Source: Eledone cirrhosa (lineage: Eukaryota). Taken from it: a stretch of 64,000 nt of DNA. Positions 40,276-54,949 of the stretch are shown here, one piece after another. The translations under genes were made by a program, and so were the position numbers. The number at the start of each line of letters is the position of its first letter. The stretch's first letter is position 1. Location of the stretch: the NCBI GenBank assembly GCA_964016885.1, contig OZ024756.1, forward strand, positions 9,300,001-9,364,000, read 5' to 3'. The notes under the pieces were generated by a model, which saw only the letters and a list, made by a program, of their open reading frames with translations, was not told the origin of the DNA and ran no database searches.

Positions 40276-41765
40276 ATGTGTATATATCCACGTATATATC
40301 TATGTATATGTATATCTATATATGTATCTATATATCTATGTATATATATCTATGTATATATATCTATGTATATATATCTATATATATATATATCTAAGTA
40401 TATATCCATGTATATATCTATGTATATATCTATATCTATATATGTATCTATATATCTATGTATATATATCTATGTATATATATCTATGTATATATATCTA
40501 TATATATATATATCTAAGTATATATCCATGTATATCTCTATGTATATATCTATATCTATATATGTATCTATATATCTATGTATATATATCTATGTATATA
40601 TATCTATGTATATATATCTATATATATATATCTATGTATATATCTATGTATATATCTATATATGTATATCTATGTATTTATCTATATATCTATGTATATA
40701 TATCTATGTATATATATCTATATATATATCTATGTATATATATCTATGTATATATCTATGTATATATATATATCTATGTATCTATATATCTATGTATATA
40801 TATCTATGTATATATATCTATGTATATATATCTATGTATATATATCTATGTATATATATCTATGTATATATCTATGTATATATCTATATATGTATATCTA
40901 TGTATATATCTATGTATCTATATATCTATGTATATATATCTATGTATATATATGTGTCTATATATCTATGTATATATATCTATGTATATATATCTATGTA
41001 TATATATCTATGTATATATATCTATGTATATATCTATGTATATATATCTATATATGTATATATATCTATGTATATATATCTATGTATATATATCTATGTA
41101 TATATATCTATGTATATATATCTATGTATATATATAGATATATATATATCTATGTATATATCTATGTATATATCTATATATATATCTATATATGTATATC
41201 TATGTATATATCTAGGTATCCTTATATCTATGTATATATATATCTATGTATATATATCTATGTATATATATCTATATATAAATCTATGTATATATCTATG
41301 TATATATCTATATATGTATATCTATGTATATATCTATGTATATATATATCTATGTATATATATCTATGTATATATATCTATGTATATATATATCTATATA
41401 TATCTATGTATATATCTATGTATATATGTATCTATATATCTATGTATATATATCTATGTATCTATATATCTATGTATATATATCTATGTATATATATCTA
41501 TGTATATATATCTATGTATATATCTATGTATATATCTATGTATATATCTATATATGTATATTTATCTATATATCTATGTATATGTATACCTATATATGTA
41601 TCTATATATCTATATATCTATATATCTATTTATATATATCTATGTATATATATCTATGTATATATATCTATGTATATATATCTATGTATATATCTATGTA
41701 TATATCTATATATGTATATTTATGTATATATCTATGTATATATATATGCATATATATCTATATAT
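40276..41765. repeat. (TATATATCTATG)-type microsatellite
   Basis: Low complexity. Confidence 0.98.
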
Positions 41766-41977
41766 CGTAAAAAATGAAATTTCATTTCTCACTCTTAGTA
41801 CGGCTGATACTTAAATATAAGTATGTATACGTACATACATATATAGTGAGAAATGAAATTTCATTTTCCATTTATAATTTTCGGTACGCCCGGCCGACTA
41901 ATTCACTCGATATGCAAATTAGGCTGCTCAGCCGTTAATATGCATAAGGAAAGTATATACTTTCAAACGTTCAATCG

Positions 41978-42048
41978 ACTGACAGTAAGGGATACGGTGC
42001 TGATGACAGCTAATAAGCTAGAAACTAGTTCATCGTTCCTTTGTCAGT
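41978..42048 (+). ncRNA. Minimal type-I hammerhead, intact core, long bulged stem I
   Basis: ACTGACA gt AAGGGA t ACGGTG CTGATGA C AGCT aata AGCT A GAAA CTAG TT CATCGT TCCTT TGTCAGT; 1-bp stem III with palindromic CTAG loop, GUU triplet. Confidence 0.8.
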
Positions 42049-42598
42049 GTTGAACAAAATGGCAACGATGGTTGCCGAACACTGTACGGCTAATAATTCA
42101 GGCTGTTTGTTTACAAACAAACCGAGCATTATAATAAATGTTCGGTAAACCCATGCGTACATATATATATATGTGTGCATGTATGTAAGTATATACATAC
42201 TACTGTACGTCTGTATACATATATGTATATACGTATAAATACTTATATCTATATATCTATATATATATCTATGTATCTATATATATATATATGTATATCT
42301 ATGTATATATCTATGTATATATATCTATATCTATATATATATATATCCATATATATATCCATGTATATATCCATGTATATATCCATGTATATATCTATAT
42401 CTATCTATATATCTATATATATCTATCTATCTATATATCTATATATCCATGTATATATATATATATATATCTATGTTAATATTTATATATGTATCGTACA
42501 AGAAAAAACAACAAAAAGCAAAATAAATCAATAACAACAAAAAGCCCCCCTCCCCTCCCACAAAAATAACAACAAAAAGCCCACCCCCCCACAAAAAT

Positions 42599-42663
<65 letters not shown>

Positions 42664-43266
42664 CGCCCCTCCTCTCCCGACAAAACTAAAACGATGTGAA
42701 AAGAAAGACAAGAGAAACCATTTAAAGACGCCATGAAAAGCTGCTGGTTTAATAAAAAATAACCGCCTCCCGCAGTAACAGGCTAGGACATACGATTCCC
42801 ATATTTACCCAGTTTCAATTAATACATAAATTCCCCAAACTTGAGCCAATTCTGAAGAAGATAAAGATATTTGCAGTTAAAATACGCCGTTCTGTGAGTT
42901 GAATCTTAAAAAGTTTGATTGTAGGTGTGCGTGTATGGAGGAAATATAGGAATTATCAGCGACAGGGGAACTGATTTCTGCTTTTGTCATTTACTGATGA
43001 GAAACCTTACTGCTGCAGGACCCGTGACTCAAATATCTGAATGTTTCCTTTCAGAATGTATAGTTGAGATTTACGGATAGACCGATAGACTTAACACCGA
43101 ATCTTACTACTCTATATTAGTGTATACAAATGTATATACTAGAGTATATATGTGTGCATACGTACATACTTATGTATATATATACCCACACAGACACACA
43201 TAACTATATATATACACACACATCCACGCCAATATATATATATATAGTAATAATAATACATTTTAA

Positions 43267-43367
<101 letters not shown>

Positions 43368-44293
43368 GTATTAACTAAACTAATCGAAACCATTGAAACA
43401 GCAATGCTCCAAAAGCTGGAACAACCATTAGAACCCAATCTACGAGATGTCCACTCAGTGAAAAACACCCTAATCAATATATGGACTCAAAAGCTCACAG
43501 CCCGCAAATTCGCCTTTTGGAATCTCCTAAAAAATAATGGCAAGGCAGACATATATGAAAAGTGGCTAAACTCTACCCCAATCATCCTCCCCCCAAAACT
43601 CCAAATAAAACCCATCCCGAATGAACCAGAAAACCAACAAAGACATAGGGAAAAGATGGCGTTAGAAAAATTTAAAATAGAAATAGAACTGTTGCGATTA
43701 AGAGCCAACTCCAACGAAGAAAAATTCAAGTCACTCGACCAACAGATGGACACAGAAATCTCAAAGCACTCTGAAGGCCTACTCTATGAAAAAAACCTTA
43801 AAACTTTGGAAAGAAAATTGTGAGGATGAAGAACTAACATCCCTCCAGCGATGGGAAAAAAACGCCACCTGGTTCAACAACTACGAAATGGATTTAAAAA
43901 ATGAACAACATACAGGTAACCCATTTTTAAAACAAACTAAAACTCCCACTTCACATGCACAACAAATAACAAAAAAAGTAACAAAACGTCCAACATACCC
44001 CCAGCAAAACTATGACGATAATCCCAGAACCCATAGACAAAACTATAACCCTACTAACAAAACCGAAGATCCCCCAACACAAGACAGGACCCTATCCGCA
44101 GATCACAACCCTCACAAAACCTATTCCCAAACCGTAGACCCCTGCCTACACAGAACCTGTTCCAAAATCGTAGATCCCAACCTACACAAACAAAATCTAC
44201 AACCCGGACTATCAACAAACCGAACCTTAATACGTCCGAAACTTCTATACAAGACCACACAACAACAGGGGAAATGCCATTAGATATAATAAT

Positions 44294-44476
44294 TGTTTCT
44301 ACTTAGGCACAAGGCCGGCAATTACCCAGTGCATTACTGGTACTTTATTTTATCGACCCCGTAAGGATGAAAGGCAAAGTCAACCTCGGCGGGATTTGAA
44401 CTCAGATCGTAAAGGGACGTAACTATGCTGGAAAGCATGGCGTCCGACACTCTACCGATACTGCCAATCCACCGCC
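44294..44476 (-). mobile_element. SINE family A inserted in the Penelope ORF, with target-site duplication
   Basis: (GCC)ATTAGATATAATAAT repeated at 44276-44293 and 44474-44491. Confidence 0.85.
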
Positions 44477-47288
44477 ATTAGATATAATAATACCATTGAA
44501 AAAACATTCCAGAAAAATCATTTTTTAGACCAAGGCTACAGGATCCACGACACCCGGTGGCACAAACCGATTTTGAAAAACCGAAAATAATCAACCTTTC
44601 AAATACAAACCTCTCATCCCAACAAGTTAAAATTCTCTCCAAAGGACTGAAATACGGACATTATAATTAAGGAAGCGGACAAGGGAAGTACTGTTGTCAT
44701 CATTATGGATGCTGAAAAATATAAAAATTCTGTTCTCTCTCTTACAAAATAGTAATTACTATGAAAGAGTAAAAAACTACCAGCAATCAAAAACAATGAC
44801 CAGATTAAATACACTGATTTGTCGATACCAGGAAGACTTAACTAAAAAGGAACGCGATTATTTAACACATTTTGAATACAAAACCAGCAACCTTTACGGA
44901 CTTCCGAAGATCCACAAGTGTAAAATAATTAACGATGCCTGTAAACAATCCATCTCAGTCTGCGTGAACACACAATACCCCCACAGACCTTAAATTAAGA
45001 CCAATTGTAGCGGGCCCACAATGTGAAACACACAGACTGAGCAACTTTATAGACATACTACTAAAACCAATTCTGAAACACATACCAAGCCTTGTAAGAG
45101 ACGATCTGGACCTCTTAAACCACCTCCCCAAACATGTCAACAACGACACTATTATTGTGTCTTTCGATGCAGTGAACCTCTACACAACGATCCCACACCA
45201 ATACGGACTAGAAGCAATAGGATTCTGGCTAGAGAAATATCCCAATGAGATACCTGGCAGAATAGAAAAAAGCTTCATCACCGAGGGATTAGAATTTATC
45301 TTACAGAACAACTTTTTTGATTTCGATGGCACTACTTACAAGCAAATATCGGGGACTGCGATGGGTACAAAAGCCGCTCCAACTTATGCCAACTTAGTCA
45401 TGGCATACTTAAAAGTCCGAAATAAAAGACTTCAAGAATTAAAGGAAATTCTACTCGAAAGACAGTACCCACTATTACTAATAAATAATGGAATAGAAAG
45501 GGCTAAAGCAATAGGCATTGAGGAATTACGAAAACAGAAACAAATTCAAGGTTCGTCCAATATTCTATCATATATCTCAACACACAACCCAAGAAATGCG
45601 GAATACAACACCATTCACAAGAACATCCCACTATTGTAACAAGACCCAAGAATGAAAAAAGCCCTTGAAACACACAAAATAATCAAAAGCAAAAGACAAC
45701 CAAAATCACTGAAAACATTACTCACCAATGCCAAATTACCTACCACAAACCCACAACCAACTGTTAAAATATGTGGTCGCTCTAATTGTGGAACCTGCAC
45801 TCACCTCATTGAAGGCAACACGTATACATTTAAATCAGGACAAAATTTTGCTGTAAAAAAATCACTTCACTTGCTCATCAAAAAATCTAATTTATGCCAT
45901 TAAATGTAAAGGATGCAATGAAGATTATATAGGACAAACTAAACTCACACTCAGAAACAGAATGACAGTTCATCGCCAACAATTACGAGATCCAACCACG
46001 AGACAGATACAACTAAGCGCGCATCTAGACATATGCGCAAGTAATAAGACACCCAAATTCCAAGTCTTCCCATTTTACCTTTGCGCTAACAATACAACAG
46101 AACAAATACAAATAAATAAGGAAAATATGTTTATTCAAAAATATAGACCAGCATTAAATATGGTTTAATATACATTATGTCAACACCATAACATGTAACC
46201 ATCCAAACAGACACATACACACACACACATAACACCTACTTTAGAAAATAAAAACCTGAACTAAATAAACCTTAACATACGTTTGCGCTGACAATACAAC
46301 AGAACAAATACGAATAAGTAAGGAAAGTATGTTCATTCAAAAATATTTCTACTAAAGGAATCATTTTCCTACACACACACACATACGCACACACACACAC
46401 ATACACACACACACACACACACAAAATATATATTCTCTCATCTTAACATGCTAACCATACACCCACACACACATAACACCCTTGCACACACACATATACC
46501 CCCCCACACACAACTCCCTCCCCCATTTCTACTAATAGAATCACTTTCCTACAAACATACACACACACAAAATATATATATTCTCTCCATCTTAACATAC
46601 TCCCCCCACACACACATAACACCCATACACATACACACACCTCCCTTCCCCATTTCTACTAATAGAATCATCTTCCTATACACACACACACACACACATA
46701 CACACACAAGCACACAAATAAACATACACATCTCTATTTTCTTTATTTCAATAGAAAGTCTGAATTCTGACACCCCAGCGAACCAGCCATATTCATTGAA
46801 CCAGAACAATTCTCCCCATCCCATTTCTCTTGACCATTATCTTTTGTTTGTCATAAAATTCTCTAAAAGGCTACAAAATAAATTCCAAAATACGGGCGCG
46901 AAATTTAATGAACTTGTTCACGTGATAATCATAATTTCATTTATAACCAATCAAATTACATTTATTAAAAAAAAGCCTTCGTGAGCCCCCTTTTTTAAGT
47001 AAAAAGAAATTCAAACAAACTGGCGCGAAAGCTGATGTGCTTATTCACGTGACTGCATCAACCAACCAAACTTCACTCATATATGAAAAAACAACCTGAG
47101 CCCCCCCCCCTTGTTTGAAGAACTTTGTCACGCGAACTGGCGCGAAATTTATTATACTTATTGACCAACCAATCAAATTACTTCTCTAAAAACCTGGCGT
47201 TTCGAGCCACTTTTTTCCATATAAAACAAGTAACATTCTAAGACAAACCAGACGTGAGAAAAACCACAGACCCTCCATCTCAATTCTA

Positions 47289-47324
47289 CTTTTGAAAAGA
47301 AGAAGAACTGCGAAACCGGTAAAG
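47289..47324 (+). ncRNA. Degenerate pLTR hammerhead of the Penelope element
   Basis: CTT TTGAAAA GAAG aagaa CTGC GAAA CCGG TA AAG. The 3' half is canonical (palindromic CCGG loop); the 5' core has two substitutions. Confidence 0.5.
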
Positions 47325-47482
47325 GAACCAAATAAATAAATATATATTTAAAAAAAATAAGACTCCAGTTGCATTTTCGATTTCATCTTTTTTTCTTTAT
47401 ACTTTCACTCGTGTAGGACACCTCGGTTATTTTTCATTTTGTAAAAAAAACCTCACTTTCTAATATATATATGTATATATAT

Positions 47483-47765
47483 ATATTATTCAAAATATTA
47501 ACAAATGAAAGATATTCACTTAATCAAAGATATATGTTTTATTTTATATATTTCAAAGGTACTGTGTTGTTTATTTTCCAGTACGTCTTCATCAGATAAA
47601 ATATATGATTTGATATATGACATTTGATATATTAAATCATATATTTTATCTGATGAAGACGTACTGGAAAATAAACAACAGAGTACCTTTGAAATATATA
47701 AAATAAAACATATATCTTTGATTATGTGAATATCTTTCATTTGTTAATATTTTAAATAATATATA
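47483..47765. repeat. Palindrome (~136-bp arms, 8-nt spacer) with hammerhead-like motifs; same family as 4766-5108
   Basis: Right arm: TATTTTAT CTGATGA AGACGTACTGG…GAGTACCTTT GAAA TATATA AA ATAAAAC. Confidence 0.9.
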
Positions 47766-47889
47766 TATATATATATATATATAATCAAGGTTTAGCAAAT
47801 AAGAAAAAGTTTTAAAATAAATTTTTAAAAAGTTCACTGCACCTGCTGTAGTTACCCTTACCGTACGGTCAATCAATTTCTAGTTGATA

Positions 47890-47996
<107 letters not shown>

Positions 47997-48180
47997 AAGG
48001 TTCCATGCCCGCCAACACACACACACACGCACAAAATCACACACACTGGTTTACACACATACGCACATTCCACAGGTCATATTCCATGCAATATATATTG
48101 ACCATCACGTGACTAGTAATTATTCAATATGAAGATGGAATAATCTCTAATATATTCCTAATTAGTTGTTTTAATGGTGA

Positions 48181-48216
<36 letters not shown>

Positions 48217-48368
48217 ACATCTATATATGATTATGTTTATATATATATAAAACATATACATATATATTTATATATATGTATATGTTTTATATTAATACAT
48301 GTCTTAAATACCAATTAATTCTGTTAATAAATGTCTTAAATAAACTACTACTACTACTACTACTACTC

Positions 48369-48402
<34 letters not shown>

Positions 48403-48499
48403 AAATGGCTGACCCTCTAAACGACCCTCTCCATTGAGGGCGGCCCTCTAAATATCCTCTAAAAGGTCTAAAGTCTAAAGTCTGTCTCAAACCCAGAGA

Positions 48500-48763
48500 C
48501 TCACCAGGCCTTTGTTTATCCCGGTTTCCATGGCATTATGTGACTGAGATTACAATACTCCCCCCCCCCCGGGACAAGACGCCAGTCCATCGCAGGGTTA
48601 AACTCTTAGCTATTGCTGGTACTCATCTTCAGTTGAGTATAGTGGAGCAACATAAAATGAAGTGTTTTGCTCAAGAAGACAACACACAACCCAGCCCAGG
48701 AATTGAACCCAAGAGATTATGAGTGTAAGTCCAACACCCTTACCACTAGGCCACATGCCTCCA
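48500..48763 (-). mobile_element. SINE family B-related copy, reverse orientation
   Basis: Reverse complement begins GGAGGCATGTGGCCTAGTGGTAAGG…GGTTCAATTCC…GTCTTCTTGAGCAAAACACTT. Confidence 0.7.
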
Positions 48764-49150
48764 TAGAGGGCGACACCATAAGTGCCCAATCTAAATGAAA
48801 TAGTTACTAAACTTTAGAAAGTCGGTTAGAATTATTTAATGTTGATAATTTTATTAAATTAATTACATTAAAATAATCACGTATTTGACATTAAATAAAT
48901 CAATTAACCCTAAAAAGACAACTACAAAAATAAAAAAATGGATTAAGAATAAAATATAAAATGAATGGAAACTGTTTTGAATTTCTGTTATCTTCTAGAC
49001 GACAAATCATAGTTTTGAATAATGATTTTAGTAAGGTCGAGATGAGGGCATTATGTATGGAGGAAGGTGGCATGGAGTAGACCATTGGTTTACATAAAAC
49101 AATGAAAGACACAACAGGAAAATGTTTTGAATTCCTGTTAACTTCTAAAC

Positions 49151-50075
49151 CAGCAGTCGCCAACCATTGGTCCACGGATCACCGGGAGTCCGAGAGTCGC
49201 CAACCATTGGTCCACGGATCATCGGTAGTACGAGAGTCGCCAACCATTGGTCCACGTACCACCGGTAGTCCGAGAGTCGCCAACCATTGGTCCACGTACC
49301 ACCGGTAGTCCGAGAGTCGCCAACCATTGGTCCACGGATCACCGGGAGTCCGAGAGTCGCCAACCATTGGTCCACGGATCACCGGGAGTCCGAGAGTCGC
49401 CAACCATTGGTCCACGGATCACCGGGAGTCCGAGAGTCGCCAACCATTGGTCCACGGATCACCGGGAGTCCGAGAGTCGCCAACCATTGGTCCACGGATC
49501 ACCGGGAGTCCGAGAGTCGCCAACCATTGGTCCACGGATCACCGGGAGTCCGAGAGTCGCCAACCATTGGTCCACGGATCACCGGGAGTCCGAGAGTCGC
49601 CAACCATTGGTCCACGGATCACCGGGAGTCCGAGAGTCGCCAACCATTGGTCCACGGATCACCGGGAGTCCGAGAGTCGCCAACCATTGGTCCACGGATC
49701 ACCGGGAGTCTGAGAGTCGCCAACCATTGGTCCACGGATCACCGGGAGTCCGAGAGTCGCCAACCATTGGTCCACGGATCACCGGGAGTCCGAGAGTCGC
49801 CAACCATTGGTCCACGGATCACCGGGAGTCCGAGAGTCGCCAACCATTGGTCCACGGATCACCGGGAGTCCGAGAGTCGCCAACCATTGGTCCACGTACC
49901 ACCAGTAGTCCGAGAGTCGCCAACCATTGGTCCACGGATCACCGGGAGTCCGAGAGTCGCCAACCATTGGTCCACGGATCACCGGGAGTCCGAGAGTCGC
50001 CAACCATTGGTCCACGGATCACCGGGAGTCCGAGAGTCGCCAACCATTGGTCCACGTACCACTGGTGGTCCGCAG
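49151..50075. repeat. 40-bp tandem repeat (~23 copies) resembling an amplified hAT-MITE terminus
   Basis: Unit GAGAGTCGCCAACCATTGGTCCACGGATCACCGGGAGTCC. The array starts CAGCAGTCGCCAACC, like the hAT end CAGAGGTCGCCAACC at 50352. Confidence 0.9.
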
Positions 50076-50351
50076 AAAAATTTGGACATTATTTGCAACT
50101 TTTATGTTTAATTAATAATTGTTTCTACTTTTGGCACAAGGCCAGCAATTATACCAGTGTATTACTGGTACTTTATTTTATCGACCCCGTAAAGATGAAA
50201 GGCAAAATTAGCATCGGCGGGATTTATCCGGCCGTATTTGAATTTAGACCGTAGAGGGCCGTCATACTATTCTGCAAAGCATGGCATCCAACCCTCTACC
50301 ACCATGTTTTATTAATAATTGTTTCAAGATTCACTACACAGTCAAATATAC

Positions 50352-51264
50352 CAGAGGTCGCCAACCTAGGTCACGGACCGGTACCGGGTGGGGGATCATT
50401 TGATACCCGGCCGCAAAGAAATAATTAACTTGTTTTAGATAAATTGAATATTGGACTTTAATTTAGAAAGATTTGTTTAAATATTCAATATTCATCTACT
50501 CAATACTATCGATCAACTGTAAATGTATTTTATAGTTCATGTACAGTAATCCCCCATTTATCGCGGGGGATACGTTCCAGAACCAACCGCGATAAATGAA
50601 AATCCGCGATATAGAGAGACCATAAAGACAACCGTTGTTTTCATAGTTTAAGCCTTAAAATACCTCTCCTACATGCTTTAAGTACATATAACTCATTAAA
50701 ACACACTTTTGTATTTAAACACCAAAAACAGCCAGTAACGATCGTATAGAAACTACCACCAACTATCATACCACTAGTTACCAATGAGGACTATTGCCAG
50801 CCACGGTAGCCACTTGGTAATACACTGCACATCTCCCGTCAATCTATGAAGGGTTTGTAGTAGATTAGAGAAAAACACAATCAGTAAAACAGTAATGGAA
50901 GGAAAAGTGAAAACATTTTTGATAGTCAAATCCTTAAGATGTCCCTTCCTTACGATATACACTTCAATCACATCGAAACTTATTTAATATGTTTAAATTT
51001 TAAACACTTTTTATTCAGACGTACCGTGATAAGAAAATAGATATGTTCTAACAAAAAATCTGCGATGTAGCGAGGATTACCGCGATAGGAAATTAGATAC
51101 GTTCTAAAGAAAAATCTGCTTTGTAGCGGGACCGCGAAAAGTGAACCGCGATATAGCGGGGGATTACTGTAAATTTTAAATAACACATATGTGTAACTAC
51201 CGATCCGCGGAAAGATTGTCCAGCATGAAGCCGGTCCGTGATATAAAAAGTTTGGAGTTCACTG
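50352..51264. mobile_element. hAT/Charlie (MER1-like) MITE
   Basis: CAGAGGTCGCCAACC…CACGGACCGGTACCGG at the left, CCGGTCCGTG…AAAAAGTTTGGAGTTCACTG at the right. Flanks AAATATAC/ATATTTAC are a 6/8 match, a plausible 8-bp TSD. Confidence 0.65.
50544..51169. mobile_element. Tigger/pogo-like MITE nested in the hAT MITE
   Basis: TA|CAGTAATCCCCCATTTATCGCGG … CCGCGATATAGCGGGGGATTACTG|TA terminal inverted repeats with TA TSD. Confidence 0.85.
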
Positions 51265-52354
51265 ATATTTACAGTGATGATGACGACTGGACGGGATAAT
51301 CATGGCTGGAACGCCTTTGGTAATAGAACTGTAACTAAACCAGAAGTGTCATTATATCTGTTTCACTCCATCTTACGACTTATTTCAACTGTAGAATCTC
51401 TTGTGTGTAGGTTTTACAATCTTCACCACAATTACAGCTTTCTAAAACATCGTCACCATTCACTATTTACACAACTAGTCAGCCGACTATCGTCTATTAC
51501 TTTTATATTTATATTTTACCTTTGTCTTGCAATAATATAAAAAAGAATTGGAAAGAAATAGACTCTGGTAACCGTCTCTGTAGTATGACACACACACTTA
51601 CTAAAAAGAAGAAAAAAAAACAAGATAAAAATAAAAATAAAAATAAAAATAAACCCCACAAATACTATTATTCATAAATTTGAGATGGAATAAAGAGTTT
51701 CTTGTTTGTATGTAAACCTAATATATATTCTATTATCTGGTTGGTGATAACGTATTTATCTTCAGCCTTATTCACTATATATCTACCTAAATGTAATAAC
51801 TGTTTTTCTTTATCGGTTTTTCCGTGCACACAATAAAGTTATGATATTTTACGATACTTGAATAAATTCGTCGATCGGAAATGTCTATGTAGTGAAATAA
51901 TCAACGTCTTTGTGTCCATGTGCCTCAGCATAAATTCATTGCTGAAATAAACTGTAGCTATATATTCACCGAAATCTTCTGGCAAAGTAAATAAAACCTT
52001 AATATAGGAATATTACATTCTATAATAGAATATAATACGAACAGAATTAAATAGAATTTCTCTTTATGGCTTTTCTCTGACACAGACTGTGGCAAATATT
52101 TTTCTTTCTTCCCCATGCAACAATAAATTGAGAGAGTAAGACATGTACGAAGCTTAGCTATCTTTTCCATACTTGCAATGGCCGTTGTCGTTGCTGTCAG
52201 CTAAAATTTAAGGCAGTTATGTTTTAACTCCATCTGTTTAACAACAGTTTCGTTTCGTTTCCATTAGTTTCGATTCGTTCCTCTTCCCGCTAACCCACAG
52301 CAGCAAATCCAAAATGGCGTTGCCTGGAAGTAAACAACTTTTTAAAAAAATTAT

Positions 52355-53477
<1,123 letters not shown>

Positions 53478-53632
53478 CAGAAGCAATAATAGGAAAAATA
53501 AATATAAAAATAAAAATAAATCACCCCAGCAAACATATTTGGAATTCCATTTATCAAATTTAAAAAATCGATTTATAACTTTTATCCTCATTATTATTGT
53601 TGTTGTTGTTGTTGGTATTATTATTATTATTA

Positions 53633-54698
53633 CAGCTGCATTTATCTTGCTTTATGTTCATACGAGTTATCACCAAGTCACAACCAGTGACCTCAAGAGA
53701 CAACAAGGTCCGCCATGTTCAAGAAAGAACATACATACTCACACATGCATCTTTAGTGTTTAGACTTGTGATGTACTTATATTGACAGAATCTTCCTTAG
53801 TATATGGGCAGTTCCCATTAGTACTATCTTTTGTATTTCTCCTATACGCGGGTTTCCTGGGATTTGCGATAAGTAGACCCCTTAGGTATCATTCCTAGAG
53901 CGCCTACAACCACTGGTATTGTTTTAGTTCTCAATTTCCACGTTTTTCCAATTTCTATCTCCAGGTCCTTATACTTGCTCAATTTTTCAAATGTTTTTAT
54001 AGATACATTCTTGTCTATTGGAACGGACATATCAATTAGCAGGCACACCCTCTTTTTAAAGTCCTTCAATATTATATCAGGTCTATTTGCATCTATTTTT
54101 CGGTCTGTTTTTAAGCTAAAGTTCCACAAGATTGAGATGTGATCTTTTTCAAGTATGGGAGGTGGTTGATGCTCCCACCAATTCTTTTGATGGGGCAGGT
54201 CAAAATGCTTACACATTATCCAATGTATGTATTGTGCAGCTCTGTTATGCCTGTTTAGGTATTCGGCTGGAGCTATAGGACTGCACATTGAAATTATATG
54301 GTCAATGGTCTCTGGTTGTTTTTTTACATACACGGCATAATGGGCTGCATCCATTTTTTATTATGTTGGCTTGATAATTTTTTGTTGGCAGACACTGATC
54401 TTGTGCTGATATAATCAGTCCTTCAGTCTCCGATTTCAGTCCAGAGGATGCCAACCACTGATGGGTTAAAGTTTTGTCAATATCAGGATTGTTAGCTCGT
54501 TCTGGGTATTTTCCATACAGAGGCTTTTCTTGCCATTTCTTAGCCAGTTTCTGTAGCAGTTCTTTCTTTGTAGTTACTTTTACCTGCTTTGCTTTTTCTG
54601 TGTTTTCCATTTCAGCAGTAAATGGGACTTCTGAAATTTGTAGTCCATTACTGTATCTTTGTGCATCTTTTGTAATGGAGTATGATCTTTTGATGCTT

Positions 54699-54700
<2 letters not shown>
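53633..54700 (-). mobile_element. 5'-truncated R4/Dong-like non-LTR retrotransposon (zinc knuckle + restriction-like endonuclease)
   Basis: WQEKPLYGKY…ETEGLIISAQDQ, CRVC…ETIDHIISMC, RHN and RPDI…IDMSVP…EKLSKYKDL…IPVVVGALG. One frameshift near 54320. (TAA)n on both sides on the minus strand. Confidence 0.85.
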
Positions 54701-54733
<33 letters not shown>

Positions 54734-54949
54734 GAATGCTATGGTTGACGGAGGCTCGGCTCTGTAAGGTATTGTAAATTTTGAACGCTATAACAATTGT
54801 AAATTGTTTAAAACTTTAACGAACTTGTAGACAAAAACACCCTCCTCCTCGTGAGAGGGGTCTTTCTGTCCGTTATTTGGCCCTTCGGGGTTAAATAACT
54901 GCTTATTGGGGTTTTGTGCCCAATATTTATTTTAAACAAAAAAAACAAC

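Noticed and set aside
42990-43045. CTGATGAGAAA, and TGATGA…CTGA resembling a hammerhead core or C/D snoRNA
   Set aside because: There is no stem II between CTGATGA and GAAA; the box C to box D distance (~46 nt) is too short and there is no terminal stem.
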